This document shows, piece after piece, positions 46,624 through 56,660 of a DNA stretch of 64,000 nucleotides (position 1 is the stretch's first letter; each line of letters begins with the position of its first letter). This DNA is from Candidatus Uhrbacteria bacterium (lineage in GTDB: Bacteria; Patescibacteriota; Patescibacteriia; UBA9934), in the NCBI GenBank assembly GCA_943354605.1, contig CALRCK010000003.1, positions 85,609 through 149,608 on the forward strand, given 5' to 3'. Both the position numbers and the translations under genes were made by a program. A model generated the notes under the pieces. It did not search any database and was not told the DNA's origin. It saw nothing but the letters and a program-made list of their open reading frames with translations.

Positions 46624-48024
46624 TTAAACCGGAGTCGGAATAATCATCGCCTCATGCGGATCGTAGTCGGCGACGGTGAAGTGTTCTGGGCGGAAATCGA
46701 GAAGATCGCTGACGGTGGAGTCCATATACACCGTCGGGAACGTGCGAGGCTCGCGATCAAGGAGCTGCTTCACGTGTTCAAATTGGCTTTCGTAAATGTG
46801 CGCGTCGGAAAGAGTATAGACGAGTTCTTTTGGCGTATAACCCGTTGCTTGCGCAATCATCATCGTGAATGCGGCGTATTGGATGATGTTGAAGACGACG
46901 CCGACCGGAACATCGCCGCTGCGCTGGAAGTGATGTACGGAAAGCTGCTTCGTTTCTGGGAATACAAGGACGTGTAAGTAGCCGTGACATGGCGCGACAA
47001 CCACTTTGCGCGGAGGAATTCCTGAATGCTGCAGCGTGTACTGTGGAATCCATGGCGAAATAATGTGTGTACGCAAATTCGGTCGTTCCTTGATTTGCTT
47101 CACGACATGCTCGATTTGATTGAACGGTTCGCCCTCGCTCGTGGGAAACGCAGTCCATGCCGGGCCGTAGCTTCCTGGGCCAAGATCGCCTTCAGGCAAA
47201 CCAAACATATCGCACCGCTCTTTCGTCACCCACTTCTTCCACCATGCGCAGCCAAATGCCTTCAATTCTTCTTGTGTTCGCGCGCCATGAAGGAATGCGA
47301 AGTGTTCACCAAGTGCACCAACCATGAACCGTCCGCCAAGGTCGCGCTCCGTAATCATTGGGAATCCGTTTGCGAGATCGAAGTGCATTTGTGCACCAAG
47401 AATCATACGGGATCCTTCGCCTTGAATCGGTTTTACATCGACGCCTTCCTCGAGAATCTTCTTGAGCAAGTGATGATACTGCCAATCAATTGCGCGATCG
47501 ATAACCGGCTTCATAAACGATCGCTGCACGCGATAATGCAGCAATACACTTCGAGCGTTGAGCTTTCGCGTATCCACAAGTTCGAGATTCACCCGGGCAA
47601 ACTTCTCGCCCAATGGGACACCGTTTCCAAATAAGAATGGTTCAAGGGTTAAAAAAACTTCGTCGACGAGACCAGCATCCAAAAACTGTCCGTACACGGA
47701 AGCTCCCCCGCCAAGCGCAACCGTTTCAACACCTTCGCCAATAAGTCGCTTCACAAGATTGGCCGGCGAGTCGTTCGTAAACTCAACACCCTCAATCGGA
47801 GCTGCCGCATCCGGGTTTTTCGTCATCACAATCACTCGTCGGTCCTTCAAGCCCTTACCGATTGTTGCAAACGTGGTGCGGCCCATCACCACCACGCCAG
47901 CCTCTTTCGTCTTTTCCACAAAAAACTGCGTATCCTCCGCACTCGTCCAATCCAGCGAGGACTGGTGCGCCTTTTCCGCAATTTTCCCGTCCGCGCTCAT
48001 GGCGGCAATCAGCCAGATTTTCAT
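46624..48024 (-). CDS. thyA: Bifunctional DHFR-like reductase (RibD_C-type) / thymidylate synthase fusion
   Basis: N-terminal KIWLIAAMSADGKIAEKAHQSSLDW...VALGGGASVYGQF is a DHFR-like/RibD_C fold. The C-terminal domain has the ThyA blocks: FPMITERDLGGRF, HIISPWIP (SPWNP-type) and the active-site APCHGYLHVLVF. Confidence 0.75.
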   Translation of the reverse strand: MKIWLIAAMSADGKIAEKAHQSSLDWTSAEDTQFFVEKTKEAGVVVMGRTTFATIGKGLKDRRVIVMTKNPDAAAPIEGVEFTNDSPANLVKRLIGEGVETVALGGGASVYGQFLDAGLVDEVFLTLEPFLFGNGVPLGEKFARVNLELVDTRKLNARSVLLHYRVQRSFMKPVIDRAIDWQYHHLLKKILEEGVDVKPIQGEGSRMILGAQMHFDLANGFPMITERDLGGRFMVGALGEHFAFLHGARTQEELKAFGCAWWKKWVTKERCDMFGLPEGDLGPGSYGPAWTAFPTSEGEPFNQIEHVVKQIKERPNLRTHIISPWIPQYTLQHSGIPPRKVVVAPCHGYLHVLVFPETKQLSVHHFQRSGDVPVGVVFNIIQYAAFTMMIAQATGYTPKELVYTLSDAHIYESQFEHVKQLLDREPRTFPTVYMDSTVSDLLDFRPEHFTVADYDPHEAMIIPTPV

Positions 48025-48227
48025 AGTGATTCGATGGTAGCAGGGCATCCACACGCCGACCAACGAATTCTGTGGATAGAAAAATCACGCGGCCAAGCAT
48101 GGCAACCGCGTGATTCGCTTCGCACTGTACACGGAAAAAAATGAGGGTCAACGAACTTATGTGGATAGAATAGACAAAATGGAAAATTACAGAAGAAACA
48201 GTGGATAACACATTCGATAAATGATCA

Positions 48228-48677
48228 GTGATCGAGTACGATCGAGCGCGTATGGAGATTGCCATCCGTCGTTTACATCCAGATGTTCCCCTTCCAGAAT
48301 ACAAAACGTCTGGCGCCGTGGCGTTTGATATTGCGGTCGTGGAAGGAAGAACCGTCGCGCCGAATGAACGCGTGATGTTTCGCACTGGCCTCGTCATCGC
48401 TATTCCAAGCGATCACGTCCTCATCCTTGCGCCACGATCGAGCAACGCAAAAAAAGGCATTCGCCTTGCCAACGGCATCGGCATCATCGACCCTGACTAC
48501 TGCGGACCAAACGACGAGCTCAAACTCATGCTCCACAATATTGGAGACGAACCATACACCGTGGAAGCCAGCGAACGGATTGCTCAAGGCATGTTCATTC
48601 CCATCACTCGGGCGCAATTTGTGGAGCCAGCAGATTGGCTCGCCGTTGACCGCGGTGGATTCGGAACGACCGGATAA
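48228..48677 (+). CDS. dut: dUTP diphosphatase
   Basis: GAVAFDIAV...GIIDPDYCGPNDELKLML...RGGFGTTG has the dUTPase motifs 1-5. Confidence 0.85.
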   Translation: MIEYDRARMEIAIRRLHPDVPLPEYKTSGAVAFDIAVVEGRTVAPNERVMFRTGLVIAIPSDHVLILAPRSSNAKKGIRLANGIGIIDPDYCGPNDELKLMLHNIGDEPYTVEASERIAQGMFIPITRAQFVEPADWLAVDRGGFGTTG

Positions 48678-48688
48678 TCCTGATATAC

Positions 48689-49630
48689 TTGGCACATCAT
48701 TCCGTGTTTGAGGCGGCCCAACGGGCACGTCTCTACAAAAATATGGCAAAACTCATCACCATCGGTTCGCTCATCGACCGCACCGTCGAACACTTCCGCC
48801 TCCATTTCAAAGAACTCATCGGCATCAGCCTGTGGATTGTGGTTGCCGCAATGCCGTTCTTATTCTCCGGATACCTCGCGCCGTTTGGCGTGGACGAATT
48901 CACACCAAAAGGTGAAGTCATCACGTACATGATTGTGAACGTGCTCGGCGTCATCACTACAACGCTGGCGAGCTTATGGATTGGCATTTGCCTCATTCTC
49001 ACCATTGATGCGCGAGCTCAAGGAAAAACCCCGGATCACGTTGCCCTCGGAAAGCGATCATGGAAATTCATGCTGTCGTTTTTTGTTCTTTCCGCAATCA
49101 TCGCCATTGGGCTCAGCGCCGCGTCCGTCGTATTCATTATTCCAAGCATTCTCGTTATACTCTTTAACCACCTTCCTGGTACCGCCGGAGCCGTGCTCGG
49201 CGGCACAGGAGTTCTCTTGCTCTTTGCCGGCATTGCCATGGCAATGTACACGCTGATTCGCTACAGCGTGGAGCTCGCATTTGCACAATATCACCTTCTG
49301 CTCGACAATGAGCCAGCGCCATTCTCGTTCAAGACGCTCCGAAAATCTCTCAACGCATCTCGTGCATCCGTCAAAGGGGCATGGTGGCCAATCGCCATTC
49401 GTCTCTTTGTCCCAAACGCCATCATTTCGCTCATCGTGGTTGGATTCACGATGACGACAAATCTTGCAACAACCATCTTAATCTCCTTTGCGGCGGCGGC
49501 ACTCTCCCCGCTTGCCATTACACTCATTTCCGTCGCACTCACGTTAAGCGTGTTCATCGTCAACGCTGTGGTGCTGCCACTCTACAGCCTGACGACGTAC
49601 TACCTCTATGACAGCGTCAGCAAGCGATAA
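48689..49630 (+). CDS. Hypothetical polytopic membrane protein
   Basis: At least 6 predicted TM helices. Similar architecture to the next gene. Confidence 0.5.
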   Translation: MAHHSVFEAAQRARLYKNMAKLITIGSLIDRTVEHFRLHFKELIGISLWIVVAAMPFLFSGYLAPFGVDEFTPKGEVITYMIVNVLGVITTTLASLWIGICLILTIDARAQGKTPDHVALGKRSWKFMLSFFVLSAIIAIGLSAASVVFIIPSILVILFNHLPGTAGAVLGGTGVLLLFAGIAMAMYTLIRYSVELAFAQYHLLLDNEPAPFSFKTLRKSLNASRASVKGAWWPIAIRLFVPNAIISLIVVGFTMTTNLATTILISFAAAALSPLAITLISVALTLSVFIVNAVVLPLYSLTTYYLYDSVSKR

Positions 49631-50387
49631 CACTCCAAGCAAGAAGGAAGAGAAGCCGAATGTCGCAGAACTTCCGAGCGCTTTCGACATTCTTCTCTAC
49701 AGCCTCACGCTGACGAAACGACATGCAGGAGATGCGTATGGTTTTACTGCATACCTCCTCTTTCCGCTGATTCTTTCGTTTGGTGTGCGTGGAATTTCCG
49801 GAAACCTCGGCATCGTGGCAGAAAGCACCGTGAACATTCTTTCTCTCGCGCTATCGTGCTGGGCCGCCGCCGCAATCAGTACGTTGATCAGTCTCAAGAC
49901 CGCGCACCCAAAAAAGGATCATGATCCCCGAAGCATCGGCAACCACGCCGCAAGCGTTTTGGGCACACTTCTTCTGGCGTCGCTCCTTTCCGGAATCATT
50001 CAAGCAGCGGGATACTTCCTCCTCATTATTCCAGGAATTTTCGCATCAATTCTTTTTGCATTCACGCTTGAGGAAGTTGTGCTCCGTGGCCATGGACCAA
50101 TCTCCGCGCTCGCAGCATCGAAGGCCCGCGTTCAGCACCACATTGCTGCGGTTGGCTGGAGACTTTTCGCTATTGTTGCAGCGTTCTTAACGGTGTATTT
50201 CGTCCTTGGTGCCGTCGTCATCCTTATTGGATCGTTTGCAACCGGTATCAGCCCAGCAGCGCTTGCGATCAACGGCGTTCCGTTGTGGGTGGACGCAATC
50301 CTCGTTGTGCTCCAGATCGGCCTTTTGCCACCGGTCGTCATTGCCCATACGGTGCTTTACCTGTCTACGAGTCCTACGGTAGAGTAG
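49608..50387 (+). CDS. Hypothetical polytopic membrane protein (tandem paralog-like)
   Basis: At least 6 TM helices. Overlaps the preceding gene by 23 nt. Confidence 0.5.
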   Translation: MTASASDNTPSKKEEKPNVAELPSAFDILLYSLTLTKRHAGDAYGFTAYLLFPLILSFGVRGISGNLGIVAESTVNILSLALSCWAAAAISTLISLKTAHPKKDHDPRSIGNHAASVLGTLLLASLLSGIIQAAGYFLLIIPGIFASILFAFTLEEVVLRGHGPISALAASKARVQHHIAAVGWRLFAIVAAFLTVYFVLGAVVILIGSFATGISPAALAINGVPLWVDAILVVLQIGLLPPVVIAHTVLYLSTSPTVE

Positions 50388-50520
50388 AAGCCGAACGCTC
50401 CTATTTGGCCCATTTTGGCCTTACGGGACCCCAACAACTCCTCACCGTACGGTGCAGTACGCCTCGTCGTTGTTTTCCCCGTGCGCCCAAACTGGTCACA
50501 AATATGAACGTTCGCATCGT

Positions 50521-51996
50521 ATGATTCTCCAACCCGTCATCGGCCTAGAAACCCACGTTGAGCTCAGCACCAAAACCAAGATGTTTTGTGGCTGCAATGC
50601 TCACGACGAAGGCGCGCTTCCCAATACGCACGTCTGCCCTGTGTGCACCGGCCATCCGGGTACACTTCCTGTTCCAAATGCTGCAGCATTACGCTTTGCT
50701 GTGTTGCTTGGCCTTGCGTTGAACGGCACCATCACTGAGCATTCCAAATTCGATCGGAAGCACTACTTCTATCCCGATCTTCCCAAGGCGTACCAAATTT
50801 CGCAGTTCGATCTTCCGGTCATGCAGCACGGGGAGCTTGTCATTGATGTACCAGGCGAAGGTGCCGTGCGCATTGGTATTGAGCGCATGCACCTCGAAGA
50901 AGACTCCGCGAAAAACATTCACGGTGACGATGGAAAGACGTACGTCGATTTCAACCGTTCGAGCGTTCCACTTTGCGAGATCGTCACAAAGCCGGATTTC
51001 CGAAATTCCGCACAAGCAAAAGCGTATGTGCAGGAAATGCGTCTGCTCGTTCGGACGCTCGGCATTTCTGAAGGCGATCTTGAACGTGGACATTTGCGAT
51101 GCGACGTCAATGTCTCGTTACGTGAAGTCGACGGCAACGGCTTGCCGATCGGCCCAATGAATCCAAAAACCGAAATCAAGAACATCAATTCCTTCCGCGC
51201 CATCGAACGCGCAATTGATTACGAAATCGCGCGCCAAACCGCATTGTGGGAAGCAGGAACGCCGCCGATGATTACCACAACACGCGGCTGGAACGACGCG
51301 ACGCAGACCACCGATGCTCAGCGCACCAAAGAAGACTCTGCGGATTATCGCTATTTCCCAGAACCAGATATTCCGCCACTGGACTTGCGCGAACTTGTTG
51401 TTGATCTCAAACGAAACCTTCCCGAACTTCCTCGAGCAAAACGCGCACGATTTGTTGAGGAATACGGATTCAAGCCAGACGTCGCGAAGCAAATTGTGGA
51501 CGATGCTGCACTCGCAGCATTCACCGAGGCAACGATCAGCGAGCTTCGAGCCGAACTTGGATCATCCGCAAAAGACATCGATCTCGCAAAACTCGTCGGC
51601 AGTTGGATTCTCACAAAGTTCGCGAGCGTTCTTGCAAACGAGGGGCACGCAATCGCGGACGTCAAAACAACGCCGGAACGATTCGCAGAATTCCTTGCAC
51701 TCATCGCGAACGGAAACCTGACCGCGCAAAAGGGGCTCGAAGTCCTTTCACAAATGGAGTTCCGCAATCTTGAAGTCTCCGAAGCAATGGAGGTTGTTGG
51801 TGCGCTATCCATCGACGATTCGTCCGTTATCGACTCCATCGTCGCCGATGTGCTCGAGAAGAATGTTTCAGAAGTTACACGATACAAAAACGGGGAGGAA
51901 AAACTTTTTGCCTTCCTTCTCGGTCAAGTGATGAAAGCCGCCAAAGGCAACGCCGATCCACAATCTGCGACTGAAGCACTGAAAAAGGCCTTATAG
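50521..51996 (+). CDS. gatB: Aspartyl/glutamyl-tRNA(Asn/Gln) amidotransferase subunit B
   Basis: MILQPVIGLETHVELSTKTKMFCGC...HYFYPDLPKAYQISQ... is canonical GatB. Confidence 0.9.
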   Translation: MILQPVIGLETHVELSTKTKMFCGCNAHDEGALPNTHVCPVCTGHPGTLPVPNAAALRFAVLLGLALNGTITEHSKFDRKHYFYPDLPKAYQISQFDLPVMQHGELVIDVPGEGAVRIGIERMHLEEDSAKNIHGDDGKTYVDFNRSSVPLCEIVTKPDFRNSAQAKAYVQEMRLLVRTLGISEGDLERGHLRCDVNVSLREVDGNGLPIGPMNPKTEIKNINSFRAIERAIDYEIARQTALWEAGTPPMITTTRGWNDATQTTDAQRTKEDSADYRYFPEPDIPPLDLRELVVDLKRNLPELPRAKRARFVEEYGFKPDVAKQIVDDAALAAFTEATISELRAELGSSAKDIDLAKLVGSWILTKFASVLANEGHAIADVKTTPERFAEFLALIANGNLTAQKGLEVLSQMEFRNLEVSEAMEVVGALSIDDSSVIDSIVADVLEKNVSEVTRYKNGEEKLFAFLLGQVMKAAKGNADPQSATEALKKAL

Positions 51997-52707
51997 GCCT
52001 TTTTCTTTGTTGAGAATTCCGCTCATCTCACGGTCGATTTCTCTGATTGCCGCAGCGACCTCGCGTTTTCGTCCAAACTGCCAAAATGATAATTTCGATG
52101 CTTCGTTTATGAGTCTTATGCGTTCAGCATGCAGGACGGCTTTTCGCGGTCGTTCCATTTTTCCTGCAAGTGCTGGGGCCAGCGTCTCACCGATCCTCTG
52201 CCGTGCTTCCGCAACAACATCCGCTCGCGGAACCGATTTTGCCTGATTCGGAAGCATCGCTTCCATTTCCATGTCGAGCATGTCGCGCTGTCTTCGCGTT
52301 TCCTCGATGTCACGATCAAACGCTGCAAGTCGATCACGACCAGATTTGGAAAACCGCACAAACATTCCATCAGCATGTTTTCGTGCGACGCGAAGGTCTC
52401 GCAATTGAATATTCAGCGCATCGCGTGTTGCCGCAAGAACCGCGGGCTGAACCGAAAGCGATTCCGGTCCACGAAGTTCATTTTTTGTTCTCTGCACACG
52501 AACGTCCTCAGCACTTGCGCGATCTTTTGAACGGAATGTTGTTTCGCCCGACTGCCCTTCAATTTCATTTGGCGGCAACATTGGTGCACCGGCGGTGTCG
52601 TCAGTAGGTTCAACGATGCGTTCTGGAATGTACGGCAGCTCAATACGAGGCCGATGTTCCACGTCGTGCATCTCGTCCATTCGTCCGTCAACCATACAAT
52701 CAAGCAT
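51991..52707 (-). CDS. Hypothetical protein (coiled-coil rich)
   Basis: Start ATG overlaps the miaA stop by 1 nt, which suggests it is genuine and co-transcribed. No recognisable domain. Confidence 0.4.
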   Translation of the reverse strand: MLDCMVDGRMDEMHDVEHRPRIELPYIPERIVEPTDDTAGAPMLPPNEIEGQSGETTFRSKDRASAEDVRVQRTKNELRGPESLSVQPAVLAATRDALNIQLRDLRVARKHADGMFVRFSKSGRDRLAAFDRDIEETRRQRDMLDMEMEAMLPNQAKSVPRADVVAEARQRIGETLAPALAGKMERPRKAVLHAERIRLINEASKLSFWQFGRKREVAAAIREIDREMSGILNKEKGL

Positions 52708-53681
52708 TAGCGCTTGAGGAAATTGTCTGCTACTTTTCGCGCCTCGTCGACGCCACTTACCCACAGAACGCGGAGATCCTTTTGAAACCACGTTTCCTGA
52801 CGTTTGGCGTAATGATGACTATCGTATTTGATGCGCAGCACGGCGTCGCGAAGCTGTTCCTTCTTTTGGAAAAAATCCACAATTTGCCGATAACCGATGC
52901 CCGTCATGCCCGGACAATCGTCGCCGTACTGATCCCGAAGTTTACGGACCTCGTCGACCAACCCCTTGCCGATCATCTCGTCCACGCGGAGATCGATCGC
53001 AGCGTAGAGTTCCTCGCGAGGTTTCGTGACACCAATCTGAAGAGCGTCATACATCGGGTCTGCGAATTCCTGACGATCCGCAAGCGTCTTTCCCGTTGTT
53101 CTGAGAATTTCGAGTGCACGAACCAAACGCCGACGGTTCCGGTCGTCGATGGTGGACGCAGTGTCGGGATCGCGCGATGCAATTTCCTCAAGCAACTCGT
53201 TGTCCGTCATCGCCTCAAGCTCCAATCGGAGCGCAGCATCAGGCTCGGTATTTGCGTAGTTTGGCCGATCAAGAACCGCACGAATGTACATGCCGGTTCC
53301 ACCGACGAGAATTGGTACGTGACCGCGTCCGAGGATTTCGGAAATCTTTTGGTCTGCGTATTCCTGGAATTGCGAAACCGTAAAGACTTCGTCGGGATTC
53401 ACCAAATCGATTCCCCAGTGCGGGACGCCTTCGACGAGACGGGGGCGGTCGGCGAAGAGCATGTCGATGTGATTCGATTCAAGTTCGAGACGGCCCGCCG
53501 GGCCGTCTCTACGATCCGCAGCCGGCTTCGCCGTGCCAATATCCATCCCGATGTAGACGGTTCGGCTATCTGCACAGATCACTTCCCCGCCAAAACGCTT
53601 GGCCAACGCAAGGCCAATCCCTGTTTTTCCGGAACACGTCGGACCAACAACCGCAAGGATTTTCGGCAGTTTTCGTTCCAT
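52707..53681 (-). CDS. miaA: tRNA dimethylallyltransferase
   Basis: ILAVVGPTCSGKTGIGLALAKRFGGEVICADSRTVYIGMDIGTAKP carries the P-loop and conserved MiaA blocks. Confidence 0.9.
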   Translation of the reverse strand: MERKLPKILAVVGPTCSGKTGIGLALAKRFGGEVICADSRTVYIGMDIGTAKPAADRRDGPAGRLELESNHIDMLFADRPRLVEGVPHWGIDLVNPDEVFTVSQFQEYADQKISEILGRGHVPILVGGTGMYIRAVLDRPNYANTEPDAALRLELEAMTDNELLEEIASRDPDTASTIDDRNRRRLVRALEILRTTGKTLADRQEFADPMYDALQIGVTKPREELYAAIDLRVDEMIGKGLVDEVRKLRDQYGDDCPGMTGIGYRQIVDFFQKKEQLRDAVLRIKYDSHHYAKRQETWFQKDLRVLWVSGVDEARKVADNFLKR

Positions 53682-53822
53682 ATTGCCCAATCCTATCACC
53701 TTTCCGCCGGACGATCTATGGAACCGCCAGCTCTTGTGTTCTATACTTTTTTCTGCTAAGGTCAGCTGTTTCTCGCCGCGCCTTTTGTGCGACGGGATTC
53801 GCCCCACCACCCGGAAGGAGCC

Positions 53823-54140
53823 ATGTATTCATCACGACAACCCGACCCGCGTTCCCCCTTCGCCGGCGGACAACCGACACTTCGTCTCGTCATCGCCGAC
53901 ACGGAGGACGAACCCCAGTCGAACGACAGCGACACCGGCGCAGCGCCGGATGCCTCGGCCGTCGATGCACAGTCTGTGCACGACGACGCGAAGATCATCG
54001 CCAGCGACCATCGTCCGCTCCCGATCCGTGTCCTGTCGCGGATCATCAGCGGTATCCGTACCGCCGGAATGGCCTGGCGCATGTTCCGATCCATCCCCTC
54101 GGAGATCAGCGCGGCCTGGCGCAACGCCACGACTGCGTAG
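53823..54140 (+). CDS. Hypothetical small acidic protein in a high-GC island
   Basis: SD GGAAGGAG (53813-53820) then ATG 53823, the same SD context as the 6820 ORF. MYSSRQPDPRSPFAGGQPTLRLVIADTEDEP... A terminator-like hairpin CCCAGCCttcacGGGCTGGG follows at about 54186. Confidence 0.4.
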   Translation: MYSSRQPDPRSPFAGGQPTLRLVIADTEDEPQSNDSDTGAAPDASAVDAQSVHDDAKIIASDHRPLPIRVLSRIISGIRTAGMAWRMFRSIPSEISAAWRNATTA

Positions 54141-54315
54141 AACGGGGCGAATCGAACCGACAACGAAGACCGCACCACGACGAACCCCAGCCTTCACGGG
54201 CTGGGCGTTTGCGTTGTGCACAGATTTTCAACGAAATATATGCATTCTTGATACAATGATGGGGTATTTATTTTTGAACACGCTTATGTCTAAAGGAAGA
54301 GAAGGAATTGGACGT

Positions 54316-56217
54316 ATGAGTCCAGATAGCGACGGAGAAACTTCAGAGCCAGCAGCTCAGGAAGCCGTCGCAAAGGAAGTGCCAAAGGTAAAGCTAGACA
54401 ATCTCATGGGCAGAGTGAAAACCGCGAAAGAATACAACCGAATCAACGCAGCGGAAAAGAGTACACTCGAAAACCGACACGAAACCACACCAAGCGGCCG
54501 GCTTGAACGAATCGCCGAAGAAGCCGATGCGCGCGCGCAAGAAAAACTCGTTGCACAAAACACCGGTCTCTTTAACCGCCTTTCAAACGTCGCAAAGCGC
54601 GGCTGGGAAGTGGTAAAGGGACTTGGTAAAATCTTCAGTTTCGTTCATGAAGACGTTATCCTCCCAATTAAAGATGCGCTTTCAGATATCGTCAGCGGAC
54701 GAAAAGAAAGCGGCGAAGCGGTTGGAGAAGTCGCGCAACGCATCGACACTCTGCAGAACCAAATTGCAACAGCGAGCCCCGAAGCTCGCGGCGCGCTCGA
54801 GCAACAGCTCGCTGAAGCACAAGATGAAATGGCCGAGCTCCGTGATCCGCATAATGCAGCACGCGAACGTGCAGCACGCGAAAAGGCACAAGAGAAGGCG
54901 GAGCAGATCGAAGGAAAGGCATTCATGAAGAGCGAAGAGGAGCGAATGAAGGCAGAGAAGCTTGCCGCAGACGTTGCAGCCGCAAAAGAACGGCACCGAG
55001 AAAAACTCGAACGCGAGGCAATGGAGCGCGATGCTCGCATGAACCTTGGCCGTGGAGCAGCGATGCTCATCGTGAAGGCCGCAGGTGAGGATCCAGAAAA
55101 GATGTCGCTTTCCGAAGGCGAAATGCTTGCAATTGGCGCAGTGATTGAAGGCGCGAAAGCTGCAATCAAAATGCCAGAAACGCTCAAAGCTGGCGCAGAA
55201 CGCGTAAAGGCCGGCGTTGAGGGATACATCGACGACGAAAAGGCAAAAGCAAGAGCAGCCTGGGAACTTACTCGTGGTGCAGCGCGAGGCCTCGTACTCG
55301 CTGACGACATGGGAGAGATGTATGATAATTTGAAAGACGCAAAGGACGCTGCAAAGAAAACGATCGGTGCAAGCCTCTCGCTAACCGCATCAGCGCTCAG
55401 AAATGAACCAGTCCGCGCAGAAATTCTCGAAGCACTTGGAATGCAACCCGACGAGGGGTCAGGGAATGCGCGCGAAATCCTCAAGACTTCTCTTAAAAAC
55501 GGTGCGTTGTTTGCTCCAAGACTCCTGGGGGCAGCAGCGAGACAGGTATACGGCGGCGTTCGCGACAGCGAAGTGGTAAAAGACTACACCCCAGCGGCTC
55601 GCAAAGTCGGGCGTGGTTTAAAGTATGGCGCGCTTGGCGTTGGCGCGCTCGTCGCTTCCCCAATTCTCCTCCCAGGAGCGGGAATCTATTTTGGCGGTAA
55701 AGCAGCAAAACGCGGATATGAAGCAGGAAAGGCTGCCGCGGGCCGCGGTTATGACGCACTCGAAAGCGCTGCAGCCCGAAAGCTCATGGAAGTCGCACCA
55801 GTAATTGGAGAAGCCATTGGGCCAGTTCTTGAGGACACCGCACGATTCATCAATAACGCAAGAAATGCACCGGCAGACGCGAGAAAGGAATTGGGAAAGA
55901 TTGGCGAGGATCTCAACGCGGTCCTTTTGAGCACGGCCGAGGACATCAATACCGGCACTCGTAAAGCCGCAGAAGCATACGCCACATTTGCGGCAAGATT
56001 GAACGCCATAAAATCCGCAGCAGTGACTATCTTCAATCGGCTTGAGGCAGAAGCAATCGGTGAGGCCGCAAAAGCAAAGCATCCTGAAGTCGTGCAAGGA
56101 ATCGAAAGCGCGGAAGACGCGCTCGAAGAGCTCGAGCTTGATGAAGAAGTAAAACTCGAGACCAATCCTTACACAGCACCAACACCGCGTATCACAAGAG
56201 AAGGAAACGCCGCATAA
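54316..56217 (+). CDS. Large Ala/Glu/Lys-rich alpha-helical (coiled-coil-like) hypothetical protein
   Basis: 633 aa with an SD-like GGAAGAGAAGGAA upstream of the ATG. Low-complexity helical sequence, no catalytic motifs. The long ORF-track extension upstream is antisense to miaA and was rejected. Confidence 0.55.
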   Translation: MSPDSDGETSEPAAQEAVAKEVPKVKLDNLMGRVKTAKEYNRINAAEKSTLENRHETTPSGRLERIAEEADARAQEKLVAQNTGLFNRLSNVAKRGWEVVKGLGKIFSFVHEDVILPIKDALSDIVSGRKESGEAVGEVAQRIDTLQNQIATASPEARGALEQQLAEAQDEMAELRDPHNAARERAAREKAQEKAEQIEGKAFMKSEEERMKAEKLAADVAAAKERHREKLEREAMERDARMNLGRGAAMLIVKAAGEDPEKMSLSEGEMLAIGAVIEGAKAAIKMPETLKAGAERVKAGVEGYIDDEKAKARAAWELTRGAARGLVLADDMGEMYDNLKDAKDAAKKTIGASLSLTASALRNEPVRAEILEALGMQPDEGSGNAREILKTSLKNGALFAPRLLGAAARQVYGGVRDSEVVKDYTPAARKVGRGLKYGALGVGALVASPILLPGAGIYFGGKAAKRGYEAGKAAAGRGYDALESAAARKLMEVAPVIGEAIGPVLEDTARFINNARNAPADARKELGKIGEDLNAVLLSTAEDINTGTRKAAEAYATFAARLNAIKSAAVTIFNRLEAEAIGEAAKAKHPEVVQGIESAEDALEELELDEEVKLETNPYTAPTPRITREGNAA

Positions 56218-56226
56218 GCCCAACCT

Positions 56227-56580
56227 ATGTCTTTGCAAACCATTGTCAGCAGTTCACCACTTTCACAAGAGGAAAAGGACTTCCTATTGCAACGCCTGGA
56301 AATGGAGGGCGCAACGCCAGACGTTGTCGCGTCCATCAAGGCGGCGTTGCAGGAATACATCGATGCTGGGTTTAAAACGCTCGGCGTCGAGCTTGATCCG
56401 AACGACCCAAAGGTTCAAGCAGCACAGCAGCAATTCAATGAAGACGTTGCAACGGCAGAAGCTGAGTATAATGAGGAAATGGAAAACATCACCATCGACG
56501 CTGCTGTTGCGCAAGCAAAAGCGAACAAGGCGATCGACGGCATACAGGCAGGCGCGATCAAAACGCAAATGGCAATGTAA
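56227..56580 (+). CDS. Hypothetical small acidic protein
   Basis: 117 aa. Begins 10 nt after the preceding gene, on the same strand. Confidence 0.45.
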   Translation: MSLQTIVSSSPLSQEEKDFLLQRLEMEGATPDVVASIKAALQEYIDAGFKTLGVELDPNDPKVQAAQQQFNEDVATAEAEYNEEMENITIDAAVAQAKANKAIDGIQAGAIKTQMAM

Positions 56581-56584
56581 GAAT

Positions 56585-56622
56585 AAAAAACACACGGCTC
56601 AATTGAGCCGTGTGTTTTTTAG
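56585..56622. terminator. Bidirectional rho-independent terminator
   Basis: AAAAAACACACGGCTCAattgaGCCGTGTGTTTTTT, a 12-bp perfect stem. Confidence 0.8.
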
Positions 56623-56660
56623 ATCGAAACTAACGAAGTTCGTAACAAACTACGCTTAGC

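Noticed and set aside
53599-54315. 5' extension of the 872-aa ORF into the miaA region
   Set aside because: The upstream part is antisense to miaA and crosses a high-GC island in a junk-like frame. ATG 54316 with an SD was chosen as the start instead.
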